Assembly (NCBI RefSeq): GCF_000281045.1
Contig: NW_008246071.1
Span: 1,211,144 to 1,243,511, forward strand
Reading direction: 5' to 3'
DNA from: Saprolegnia diclina VS20
Lineage: Eukaryota
Length of the DNA stretch: 32,368 bases
Below the pieces are notes generated by a model. It was not told the DNA's origin and did not search any database. It was given only the letters and a program-made list of their open reading frames with translations. The position numbers and the translations under genes were made by a program. Below are positions 21,939 to 32,368 of this stretch, piece after piece (the first letter of the stretch is position 1; each line of letters begins with the position of its first letter).

Positions 21939-23894
21939 CTATGTGTCGTACGGGCCGTTGGCGGCGGCGATCTGCTGCTGCGTCATGAGCGTCTTGAGGA
22001 GCAGGTCCCGCATGCGAATCTCGGCCTGCGAGTGCGGCGACGTGTGGTAGCCGCCGTTGCCATCGTGCACGGTCGTCGCGTGCGCGCCAGAGGGCGGCAG
22101 CGGGTGCGTGGCCGCCGGCGTCTGTGTCTTGGACGCCAGTCGCTCTTCCATGGTCGCCGAGGCGAGCGTCGCGAGGCGCTCCATCGTCGCCGCGCACGTC
22201 GACCCGAGCGATGTGCGCTTGCGCGTGTCGGCGACGCAGATGTAGCCGAGGTGCTGCGCGTTGCGACCAAAGATGGGGCATCCGGCGAAGAAGCGGACAA
22301 CGGGGACGCGGTCAAAGACCGCCATCGTGCTCGTGTCGACACCTGCGTCGAGCACAACGATCGGCGAGATGTCCATGACGCGGTCGATGAAGATTTGAAT
22401 CTCGCTCTTAAGCGCATGGTTCTCCAAGCCCAGCGTCGACTTGAGCTTCTCGCGGCGCACGCCATCCCCGTCCGTCTCGAGGAGACACACGATCGCGATC
22501 GGACAGCTCAGCGTCTCGCACGCGAGGTCGCAAAGGAGCGCAAACATCGACTCGCAAGACGTGCCCGTTGCGATGAGCGGCTCGAACGCGTCGAGCTTAC
22601 GACGCCACTCGGCGATCTCGGGCTTCTTGGTCTTCTCGTCGGGCCGCGAGAGCGACATGCGGATCGCGTCGCCGCAGAGACCCTTTGTGGAGAAGTTGTC
22701 AAAGTTGCTACTGCTGCTGGCGTCGTCGGGCTCGGACGACCGGTGGCTGCGCGTGCTCTGGCTTAGCGCGGACGGGCTCACGCTGAGCTGGCACTCGAGC
22801 GGGCCGGACGACGTCGATCTCATTCGCTCCGCATCAAAGTCGGACGACGTGAGCGACGTGACGGACCGAAGCGTCTGCGGCGTCACAGGGCTCGTCTTGG
22901 CGCGCACGCAGCACACCTTGCAGAGCCGGACCTTGTTGGCGCCGACGACTGGGAGGTCTACCGCCTTGATGACGCTGCAGTCGGAGCAGATGACTTCACC
23001 GCACATGCGACAGTGGTGCTTGCGCCGGAGCGTGTAAAAGTTGCGCATGCAAAGGAGGCAGCTCGTGCGGTCGCTGTCGCGGACCCACGTTGAGTGGTGC
23101 GCAAAGTGCATGTAGCTCAGTCGGAGCTCCTCGACCATGTCGCTGAGCCGTCCGAGGCCGAGGAGCACGGCCGCGCCGGCAGACTTGGCGGCCTTGCTCT
23201 TGAAGCTGCCGCAGAAGACGACCTCGACCTCGTCCGGCGCGGTCTGGCGCCAAAAGAGGCCGGCGCGCGTCAGCGTCGTGCGCGTGAGGTTGTGCGACTC
23301 CTTCATCGAGAGACACCCGACGTTGTTGCCGTCGGTCGATGTGACGCACCACATGTAGAGCGGGGACCGCTCCGGCGTGTTGGGCACGGTCGTCTCGCCG
23401 AGGAGGTCGACGACGACGAGGTCCCGCCGCGCGCCCATGCCAATGTCGACGACGCCCCACTTGACGCTAATGACGCTGTTGCTGTCATCAGCATTGTCAT
23501 TCATGTAGTCCGTCTTCGAATCGTTGTTGTTGGCGGACGGCGTGAGGACATGGAGCACGATCGCGTCGACGTACGCCCGGGGCAGGAACTTTTTCAGAAA
23601 GCTCCGGAGACCGTCCGTGGTCGGCTGCGAGACCATGGTCGACAGCTCGGACGGGAGGCACTTGACGACCGTCGCGCAGCGCAGGAAGCGGCACGACACG
23701 AGCATGTTGGACGTGTCTTTGCGGTACTGGACACCGTCCTTCTCGGGCGGCACGTAGCGCCAGTTCTCATTGTACGCGGTCTGCACGAGCGACGCCGCGT
23801 TCTCCTTGGCGGCGGCGACCAGCGACTTTTGCACGTCCTCGTTGAGCGGCGGGCCGCGGAAGAAAGTCGTGCGCAGCGGAAAGGACTGATCCAT
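21939..23894 (-). CDS. Oomycete-type START-like + FYVE + GAF-like domain protein, intronless
   Basis: FYVE: WVRDSDRTSCLLC..RRKHHCRMCGEVICSDCS..VRLCKVC. START-like N-terminal half: VKWGV, RRDLVVVD. GAF-like: LCDLACETLSCPIA..VRFFAGCPI..LGYICVADTRKR. Confidence 0.85.
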   Translation of the reverse strand: MDQSFPLRTTFFRGPPLNEDVQKSLVAAAKENAASLVQTAYNENWRYVPPEKDGVQYRKDTSNMLVSCRFLRCATVVKCLPSELSTMVSQPTTDGLRSFLKKFLPRAYVDAIVLHVLTPSANNNDSKTDYMNDNADDSNSVISVKWGVVDIGMGARRDLVVVDLLGETTVPNTPERSPLYMWCVTSTDGNNVGCLSMKESHNLTRTTLTRAGLFWRQTAPDEVEVVFCGSFKSKAAKSAGAAVLLGLGRLSDMVEELRLSYMHFAHHSTWVRDSDRTSCLLCMRNFYTLRRKHHCRMCGEVICSDCSVIKAVDLPVVGANKVRLCKVCCVRAKTSPVTPQTLRSVTSLTSSDFDAERMRSTSSGPLECQLSVSPSALSQSTRSHRSSEPDDASSSSNFDNFSTKGLCGDAIRMSLSRPDEKTKKPEIAEWRRKLDAFEPLIATGTSCESMFALLCDLACETLSCPIAIVCLLETDGDGVRREKLKSTLGLENHALKSEIQIFIDRVMDISPIVVLDAGVDTSTMAVFDRVPVVRFFAGCPIFGRNAQHLGYICVADTRKRTSLGSTCAATMERLATLASATMEERLASKTQTPAATHPLPPSGAHATTVHDGNGGYHTSPHSQAEIRMRDLLLKTLMTQQQIAAANGPYDT

Positions 23895-24552
23895 GATGTG
23901 TCCAGTTGGCAAGTGCTGCGTCCAAGTGCAAAGTCGGGAGCTGCTACACACGCGTCGGGCGAGATGGGCGACGTTCTTGACGGATGCCTGCAAGCGCCGA
24001 GGTGGCGAGGGTTACAACCAAGATCGTCGACGAGCTCAAGTCCCACTCTGCCGTCTCATGGGCCGCTACAGTACTTGGCTCGGCGAGCAAAACTGGGTGG
24101 CTGACTGGCCATCGCCGTGAACTTGCTGGTGATTATACGCGTCGAACGCTGACGAGCGCAGGCGCGTGGCCACCGCCCACCACTCGGATTCCGACCTCCG
24201 GGTGTAAGTTCAGAAAGGGCGACGCGTTCTCTGCTATTTGTGCCACTGCAGCTCCGAGTGGCGACATTCCTTCGTTGCAAGGCACAAGCTCCGAGATCCG
24301 CAGTCTCATGCGCGCATGATCGTCTGCGAGGTTGGCTACATGGGCCTGGCTTGGTGGACGGCTCTTAAATTCTGAAATTCGATATACATATTGTGATATC
24401 TAATATGGAGATCCAAAATAAATATTGAAGCGCTATTGATAGCGCCCGTTGCAGCATTGCAGCCATGTACAACTGGGCGGACCCGCGCCGGAACTCGTCG
24501 ATCTCGGTCAAGATGATGTCTCTGGCTGAGAGGATGGCTGGAGCTCCTGCTC

Positions 24553-25890
24553 ATGCTCGCATATCGTACTAGGGAGAAAGCCGAGGCGGCGCGGAAGCAG
24601 CGCCTCACCAAGGTCCGGCCCACGGTCTCCAACCACCTGCATCCGGCGGTCGAGAAGAAGCTGCCGAGTAATACGACTCGAGCGACGTCGACAGCTTCAT
24701 GTTTGCGACTAGAGAAGCACGAGAAACTGACGGCCGCGGAGCTCTACATGGGCACGCTCGGCGAGTCGAACCAGGAGGAGAGGTACGCAGACTCGGCAGG
24801 GTTGCACCCATGACGACCGTGGTACAGCCCCTTCTCGGTGCACAACGTTGTGGCCACGGAGAGCTCGTTCCATCCCGAGTCGACGATCGAAGCCTTCCAA
24901 GGCCTCAAGAAGGCCAAGCAGCACGGCGACGACGACCCTACGTGGGGCGATGTCAATCCCCATAGCCGTCTGACCAAGTCCCGTGTCAAGAGCGAAGACA
25001 AGCTGCCGTCGTTGCACAAGGCGTCGCACCCTCGCGCAAGCAAAGCGCGGCTGCTGGCGACAACTCGGAGCGACCCCGAGATCTCCAACAGCCGCCGGCC
25101 CAACCAAGAACCGTCCCTCGACGCCCTGGATATGTACGACGACGAGGATGACGACGTCAATGACGGCGACGACAACGAGGAGGAGGAGCACCCGTATCCT
25201 TTTGGCTCGACTTGCGACGTGTCGGTACCAACGCATTCGTTCGGGTAGGTGCATCAAGCCCGCTCCGGTCGTCACGGGCCCCGTGCCCAAGCTGGACTTG
25301 AAGCCGCTCTCACGCAAGTCGGAGCGCAAGGACGACATCAAGCCGAAACTGGACAAGAAACTCAAAGCCAAAAAGGCAATTTGACATTCAGAAAGTGCAA
25401 TCTGACGACAGATATGATGGGCAGGAGGGAACAAGCCTGAAGGCCCGCGGCACATCCCTCGCCCAGCTCAAGGACGAGCACCGCGCGGCTCTCGAATTGC
25501 TCAAGGAGCTCGGCGGCGCGTACCCGTCGGACGAGAAGGACGCGCCGCTCTCATCGCGCTTTGGCGCCAAACTGCGCTCGACCGTGCACAGCAGCCGCGA
25601 TGTCGAGGTACCAGATCCAAACGAGTACGACCTCTTTATTCGGTACGTAGACGGTCAAGGGCGTCCCATCCACATCCTCGTCCGCGCCAAGCACCACTCG
25701 GTGGACCGACGACGCGAAGAGCGACGACCGTCACGAGGAGGAGGAGGAGGAGGAAGTGCGACCTCACTGACCACTCGGTGACGACTGACGCGTGCGGTAG
25801 GTTCCGGAAACATGTGGCGGCGATGACGCGCCAACGCCTGAGAAAGGGTCCGAGTTTTCGTACGGCAGCGAAGAGTTCGAGACCGACTAA
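24553..25890 (+). CDS. Hypothetical low-complexity protein, multi-exon; start uncertain
   Basis: In-frame exons are joined by canonical GT-AG introns (EKAEAARKQRLTKVRPTVSNHLHP.., LAQLKDEHRAALELLKELGG). The last exon ends ..EEFETD* with TAA at 25888-25890. Confidence 0.65.
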
Positions 25891-25934
25891 TAATGTACAC
25901 GTCCTTTCTACAATGTATTTGCACCTGCGCTGTC

Positions 25935-27168
25935 TTAATCCGCAACCGCGTCCATGAGCAGCTTGCGACCGATCTTGGCCATGCGGCTCTTGGCGTTGTC
26001 GTGCGCTGGCTACAGCATGCATGCAATCGCTAGACCAGCGACCAACCATAGTAATACCTCGGGCATGCCAGCATGAGCGCGCGTCGCGTGGTGCTTGCGC
26101 TGGGGAGCGGGCAGCTGCGATGCGTGGGCCGCATACTCGAGAAAGTCGAGAACGAGCTCGGCGCTGGGCTGGTTGCGGCGGCCCATGAATGGTCGTGCCA
26201 AGAGCTACAAGGTGGTGGATTCTGCAGGCGTGATAACGCACGCACCTTCTGCACGTATGCGTCCAAGGCGGCTGTGCATACCGGTAGAGACGACGCCGAG
26301 ATGCGCTGCGTAAACGAGACGGCCGCGTGCACGGTTGGAAACGCCAGCGACACCATCTCGTCCGCAATGAGAGAGCGTAGGTGCCTAATCGAAGCGTCGT
26401 TGAGCGTGTAGCTCTGGATGTCGTACCCATCGAGAGCAACAAAGTCGCTTCGCGTGTGCCACAGCGTCCATGAGCACTTGATCTCTTCGAGGCCATCCGC
26501 GCACGGCAGGACGACGGACGCTTCGCAGTGCACCTCATAGATCTACCGGCATTGGAGCTGTGAGTCGTACACCGTCGAGTTGGTGGACAAGAGCGACTTC
26601 GTCGGACGTCCCGATCTTGGCGCTGACGACGGTCGCTGAAAGTTGCGTCTCGCTCGACAAAGCAACCGGCAACGAGTCGACCGATGTCGATGATGCGGCG
26701 CGAATGCTCGCTTGAACGCAAGCGACCCACGCCGCCGCGTTGGCGCGACTCGCTACGAGGTGGTCGCTCATACCACGGACGCCACCAGCAGCTTCGCACC
26801 GTCCGAGCCGCTTGGGACCTCGGCGCACATGTAGTACGCCTACGCCATGCGTGAGGTGGCCTACAAATGCATCCTACCACGTGCGACGACCCGTCGATGA
26901 CGCGAAAGACAAAGCGGCGCTCGTCGGCAGCGGACGCGACGCCTTCGCCGAGGCTGCCAATGCCGTCACCGAGCGCGACGGTCGCGCCGGTCAGTGCGAT
27001 TTGACCGCAACGCTTGGCGTCGTGGCGGTGGCTCTACTGCTGAGTGCAGAACGCTCGGGACGATGTTGTACGTACATCGTAGTACGCGAGCGACGCGTCG
27101 ACGAGGCGGAAGTAGCGTCGTCGCCAGTTCTTGACCACGTGGCCTTGCTTGAGGAGGTACCCTTCCAT
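25935..27168 (-). CDS. PH domain protein with a probable degenerate PX domain, multi-exon
   Basis: PH start MEGYLLKQGHVVKNWRRRYFRL..LAYY and end AAAWVACVQASI. PX-like WTLWHTRSDFVALD..LAFP..ALDAYVQKLL..VLDFLE follows. Confidence 0.7.
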
Positions 27169-27280
27169 CCGAGCCAAAGATCGCAGCTCGATCACCGTCC
27201 GTGTTTGTATCAATGTATCGAGTTGCGATCTTTCCAATGTAAACGAATTGGACGTGCATAAAATGAAAAACGTTAGTTGA

Positions 27281-30200
27281 CTACTTCTTCGGGCCCAAGC
27301 GATCGAGGACCGAGCGCTTCTTCGGACGGTCGTCGTCGTCGCGCGACGGACGCTTGCTGCGGTCCCGCGACGACTGGCGCTCGCGCGATCGACGCTTCTC
27401 GTCACGGCCTGAACGCCCGCGCGACCGGCTGCGCGACTTGCGCTTGGACGATTCCTTGCGGTCCGGCAACTTGCGATCCAACGCAGCCTTACGGTCGCCG
27501 CTGTCCCGGCGACGGTCCGCGCTTCGGCTCCGACGACGGCTGTCGCTCTCGCGCTTTCGGTCGTCCGCCTTACGGTCTTTGTCACGGTCGTCCGTCTTGC
27601 GGTCACGGTCGTCAGTCTTGCGGTCACGGTCGTCCGACTTGCGGTCACGACCGTCCGACTTGCGGTCACGATCGTCCGTCTTGCGGTCTCGGTCCTCGGN
27701 NNNNNNNNNNNNNNNNNNNNNNNNNNNNNNNNNNNNNNNNNNNNNNNNNNNNNNNNNNNNNNNNNNNNNNNNNNNNNNNNNNNNNNNNNNNNNNNNNNNN
27801 NNNNNNNNNNNNNNNNNNNNNNNNNNNNNNNNNNNNNNNNNNNNNNNNNNNNNNNNNNNNNNNNNNNNNNNNNNNNNNNNNNNNNNNNNNNNNNNNNNNN
27901 NNNNNNNNNNNNNNNNNNNNNNNNNNNNNNNNNNNNNNNNNNNNNNNNNNNNNNNNNNNNNNNNNNNNNNNNNNNNNNNNNNNNNNNNNNNNNNNNNNNN
28001 NNNNNNNNNNNNNNNNNNNNNNNNNNNNNNNNNNNNNNNNNNNNNNNNNNNNNNNNNNNNNNNNNNNNNNNNNNNNNNNNNNNNNNNNNNNNNNNNNNNN
28101 NNNNNNNNNNNNNNNNNNNNNNNNNNNNNNNNNNNNNNNNNNNNNNNNNNNNNNNNNNNNNNNNNNNNNNNNNNNNNNNNNNNNNNNNNNNNNNNNNNNN
28201 NNNNNNNNNNTCATCGCGCTTGTCACGAGACCGGCCGCGACGGCTTCGACTCCGGCTCCGGCTGCGGTAGCGAGACTTGCGGTCGCGACTACGGCTGCGA
28301 TGGCGGTCGCGGCTGTGTCGACTGCTCTTGCGGCGATCGTCCGAGTCGGCGGCCTTGTCCTTCTTGTCGTCGTCGTCGTGGTGCGGACGACCGCCAAACG
28401 CAGGAGGTCCACGCATCATCCACGGCGGCGGCGGCCCGTTATAGTAGTCGCCGTAAAACGGAGCGCCTCGAGGCGGCGCACCGCGGGGTGGCGGACCACG
28501 CATGCCATACGGCGGCCGGGGGCCGTTGAACCACGGCGCGTGGCCACCTTCGTACCAAGGCCCCGGCGGCGGGTGCCCTTCGTGCCACGGCATCATCGGC
28601 GGACGGGCGCCCCACGGTTGCATGTGCGGCGGCGGTCCGTGACCGGCGGCGTGCGTCGTCGGTTCCTCCGACTTGGTGGCCTCGGACGTCTCGGCAGCGG
28701 TCTTTTCATCACTCTTGATGTCATCGCCGGCGGGAGACGTCTCGGGCGCCTCTTCTTCGTCGGATTTCGTCGAGATGTCAATCGTGTCATAGACGTCGCC
28801 GCCAAAGCCATCATCTTCCTCTTCCTCTTCTTTTTGCTTCTTGGCGATGTCGAGGATCGCGTCGGCGGTTGGGCCTGCGCGCTTGGCGGCCTGCACTTCC
28901 TCAAGCTGCTTGCGCTTCGACTGCTCTTCGACTTCTTTGACGATCTTCTCGCGCTCTTGCTGCTCTGTCTGCGATCGCCGCAGGAACTCGTCAACAGACG
29001 TCCGTGTCGCCTTGTTGGGCAGCAGCTACGAGCCATTGTCAATATATGTCCTCACGACCATGCTACGCTACCTGCTCGGGGGTCATATTGGCATGGTGGC
29101 ACAGCGGACACTCAAAGTTGTGGCGAATGAGGCGGTCGCGAATGCACTCGTCACACGCCGTCTAGAGACGAGAAGTGTTAGATACGTTGAGTCGGCAGAG
29201 ACGCACGTCGTTGCAGCAAGGAATCAGCGCCGCGTCTTGGAGGAGGCGCTTGCAGAGCGGACACGCGAGGTGCTCGGGCGGGTTCATGCGGAGCTGCTCC
29301 AGCGCGGCGCCGCCGCCCGAGAGGCCAATCAACTTTGTAAAGTTGTGCGTCTGGGGGCCAATGACGGCTAGGCCGCCCTGGGGACCGTTCACGACCGTGA
29401 TGCCGGCGCCGACAGCGACCTCTTCCGAGTCCTTGATCGGCTGCATGAACGTCTTGGGAATGCCCGTCTTCTTCGTGACCTTGTGCTTGTCGAAGTTCGG
29501 GTCGCCGTTCGTGGGGCAGTTTTGGATAAAGTGGCCGGGCACGGCGCAGCGGAAGCAGAGGTAGTCGCGCGGCGGCGTCTGGTTGGCGCCCATGTCGCCG
29601 CGACCGCCCATCATGCCGCGCCCGCCGGGCATACCGCGCCCGCCAAGCGCATCGCCGCGGCCCCCGCGGCCACCCATCGCGCCGTAGTAGTTGCCGACGC
29701 GGTGGGCGTTGCTGCCGCCCGCGGCCGTCCATGTCTTGTTGCCAAGGCGCGTGTTGCGCACCTCTTCGGCTTCTTGCTGGATCATGTCGAGCGCTTGAAG
29801 TTCATCTTCGACGGTCTCGGCGCCGCCAACGTTGAGGAGCGCGGGTTCGGCGGCGTCGGGACGTGCGAGCTACGTGTTGTCGTGTTAGCTCGCATTGAGG
29901 GATCGGAGTGTACCAGCTGGGGCGAGACCGTCGGAAGCAGTGGCGGTGGGGCTCTATGGGGCAGAATCGTGCGTGAAACACTCTCCAACGACGATCAACA
30001 GCATGCATCAATGCATAGGAGGACGAGGACGCAGAGGCGTAGAAACAACGATATTAACAACGACCATGCTCGTCCTCAATATGCAGCCAGAAGACGCAGA
30101 AGAATGCAGAAAGGGTACGCACGAGGCCTGGAGTTCCGCCTTGATGCGCGCGAGGAGGCCGTTGTTGTTCTTTGCCGGGACGCGCTTGACAATGACGCTC

Positions 30201-30451
30201 GTGTTCTTTGGCAGCTGCTGGTTGTCGTCTTCGTAGACTACAAGAGCGGCGTCAGCGCCATGGCCGGCCGTCGCCGCCGAGGTACCCGTGTTGTTGGACG
30301 CGTCCGTGATCACAAGCTCGAGGTCGAGGCCCTTGTTGAGCTTCTTCTGCTCGATGATGGCCTTCTTGAGGTCGATGACCCGGATCGCGGTCCCCGGGAA
30401 GTTGACCGTCCCGAACTCCTTCTCCGACTTGAACTTGAAATGCACCGACAT
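27281..30451 (-). CDS. RBBP6: RBBP6/Mpe1-family E3 ligase / 3'-end processing factor (DWNN + zinc knuckle + RING + Pro-rich + RS/RD-rich tail); spans an assembly gap
   Basis: DWNN MSVHFKFKSEK..DLKKAI..PKNTSVIVKRVP; knuckle YLCFRCAVPGHFIQNCPTNGD..KKTGIPKTF; RING CPLC..IPCC..CDECIR..CPLC..LLPN; RS repeats; ends SVLDRLGPKK*. Confidence 0.92.
27581..27695 (-). repeat. Coding 21-nt tandem repeat, DRK(T/S)D(D/G)R x5, running into the gap
   Basis: CGGTCACGGTCGTCCGTCTTG-like units. Confidence 0.85.
27700..28210. other. Assembly gap (N run) inside the RBBP6 repeat region
   Basis: Run of n. Confidence 1.
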
Positions 30452-31628
30452 GGCAAATTCGCGACTACTTCACCACACAACGGCCGCCATCGAGTTTCCG
30501 AGGTCCTATATGTATTCTGAGAGACTGGAACACCGGGGTATCGCCGAGAAGCTGCCCGCTCTACGATGTTGTGCCCCGGGGTGCAGTGGGAGAGCGCAGC
30601 CGTCCTCATAGTAGGACCCTCCTCACTCAGTTCTTGTTGATCCTCACTAGAGCCTCGATGCGGTCGTCCTATAGCACCCGTCCATCGACGTCCATGGAGC
30701 TCGTCTCGAGAGCAATTCACAAATTCGCGAGAGGTGAGGCAAGGCCGCATGGGCAAGGGAACGATGCTTCTGGAACGATCGCCAAGGCGAGTCAGTCCCC
30801 GATCGAAGGCGCTGTGGCGGTCGATCTGGTAGCTGCATTGGTCGCGAGGGTTTGACTTTAGCCAATCTATGACCACGACTAACCGTCCATGCATTTCCGC
30901 GGGAACGACCGAGCATATGCCTCCATTGGCTGCAGAGTACTAGTACGATTTCGACGACTAGATCTGGGAGGGCTGGATCTGGGAGGGCGAAGGAAGCTTC
31001 GTAAATGGCACCACGTCGTTCGGGCAACTCGAAGAAAACTCACCGAAAATGGTGCATGTCGAGCCTCAGAAAAGGTTAGCTTGGCGAAGTCTCCGCGTTG
31101 CATGGAGAGCGAGCGATCGTCTCTGCCGACTACTCGAATTGTGTTCTCTTCGCAATCCATCGATCTCATATGAGCGCTTGCGACGCAGATCTTATTTGAG
31201 ATCGATGGCGCGTATGCTGCACGTAGTCGCCCTTCTCAACGCGCACGAAACGCCACATGTCCCGCGGCCGACAGACAACGTTCAAGGACCGTTTCCAGCC
31301 GTATTGTCCTCGGTCTACAGCCCTAATCCTCACAAAGCTCGTTCGATTAGCTATGTGTAGTGAATCCCGGGTGCCACTGAATCCCGAGCGACGGCGGCTT
31401 GACGCAATGGTGCACGGTGCCGACGTGTCCCAGCATACGTGGCAGCGTCTTGCGCACCCTGCAATGGCTCCAAGCGACGACCTAGGTGGACAAGAGTACC
31501 TCGGAGGCAACGCGGCGAGTTGCCCTAGCATCCTCTGTCTGTCGCCAGCGACGGTAGTACACCTGGTAGTACACCGACGCGCTTGATCTGGCGGTCACGA
31601 TCGCACCACTTCAACGATTGCGCATCGT

Positions 31629-31648
31629 TATCCGGATGAATCCCCGGA
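31629..31648. promoter_or_regulatory. TATCCGGAT motif plus a partial CCGGA upstream of DHAD
   Basis: TATCCGGATG at 31629-31638 and CCGGA at 31644-31648; ATG at 31699. Confidence 0.5.
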
Positions 31649-31698
31649 CGTCCGAGGGAAGATTTGTGGTCGCATTTCCCAATCGCAACCGGACCAGC

Positions 31699-32368
31699 AT
31701 GATGCAGTGGCGCCGAAGCCTCGCGCGGGCCATGAGCTCGACGACCAAGAAGGAGGTCAAGATCAACAAGTACTCGGCGATCCTCACGGAGCACAAGAGC
31801 CGCGGCGCGGCGCAGGCCATGCTGTACGCGACCGGCATCAAGGAAGGCGACATCACCAAGCCGCAGGTCGGCATTGCGAGCATGTGGTGGGAAGGCAACC
31901 CGTGCAACATGCATCTGCTGGACCTCGCGATGGAAATCAAAAAGGGCGTTCAGGCGCAAGACCTTGTGGGCCTGCGCTTCAACACGATCGGCGTCAGCGA
32001 TGTCATCGCGCAGTACGCCGTCCGATCCATTTCCGCTTGTATACTCACATGAACCTTGGCGTAGGGGCACGGCCGGTATGTCATTCAGTCTGCCGTCGCG
32101 CGACCTCATTGCCGACTCGATCGAGACGGTCATGGGCGGCCAGTGGTACGACGCCAACATCCTCGTGCCCGGCTGCGACAAGAACATGCCGGGCTGCCTC
32201 ATCGCAATGGCCCGTCACAACCGCCCGTCGCTCATCGTATACGGCGGCACTATCCGTGCTGGCTGCCGCAACGGACAGACCATCGATGCCCTCTCGGCCT
32301 TCGAAGGCTATGGCGAGTACTTGGCCAACCGGTACGCTCGTCCATTCAATCGCCTCTGACCTATTTCA
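31699..32368 (+). CDS. ILV3: Dihydroxy-acid dehydratase (IlvD/Ilv3), mitochondrial; 5' part, truncated by the window end
   Basis: [61 protein letters not shown]. Intron at 32013-32064; Arg-rich presequence. Confidence 0.95.

Noticed and set aside
16293..24104. Numerous long antisense or alternate-frame ORFs over WDR90 and the FYVE gene (also over TRAPPC10 and RBBP6)
   Set aside because: Shadow ORFs are expected from high GC3 codon bias, and these show no recognisable domains.
27034..28896. 620-aa ORF suggesting an RBBP6-PH fusion
   Set aside because: The frame is carried through the N gap. The true RBBP6 tail is in another frame and stops at 27281, and the PH gene has its own ATG at 27168.

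Overview
Eukaryotic, GC-rich and gene-dense DNA with short (~40-60 nt) GT-AG introns and two assembly gaps (3226-3553, 27700-28210). Intron style and the START-FYVE-GAF gene point to an oomycete, probably Saprolegniales (inference). From ~4.66 kb onward it is a compact housekeeping block: ALKBH8 (-), SPC24 (+), a MetX/Cys2-family acyltransferase (+), mitochondrial cyclophilin (-), TRAPPC10 (-), a probable Zwint-1/Sos7 kinetochore protein (+), WDR90 (-), START-FYVE-GAF (-), an orphan (+), a PH-PX protein (-), RBBP6/Mpe1 (-) and dihydroxy-acid dehydratase (+, truncated by the window). The first ~4.5 kb is a rearranged region. A pair of long inverted repeats built on 11-bp quasi-palindromes brackets decayed gene pieces, including intron-containing MCM7 fragments, which suggests a Pack-type gene-capturing element. 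The region also holds a 30-bp-periodic AT-rich insert and permuted paralogous coding remnants. The most notable signals are this element, a palindromic TCCGGA/ATCCGGAT motif ~40-75 bp upstream of five start codons and also inside the inverted repeats, and CHR-like TTTGAATTT sites just upstream of both kinetochore genes. All calls are from reading the sequence; no database searches were run, and exon boundaries are manual.
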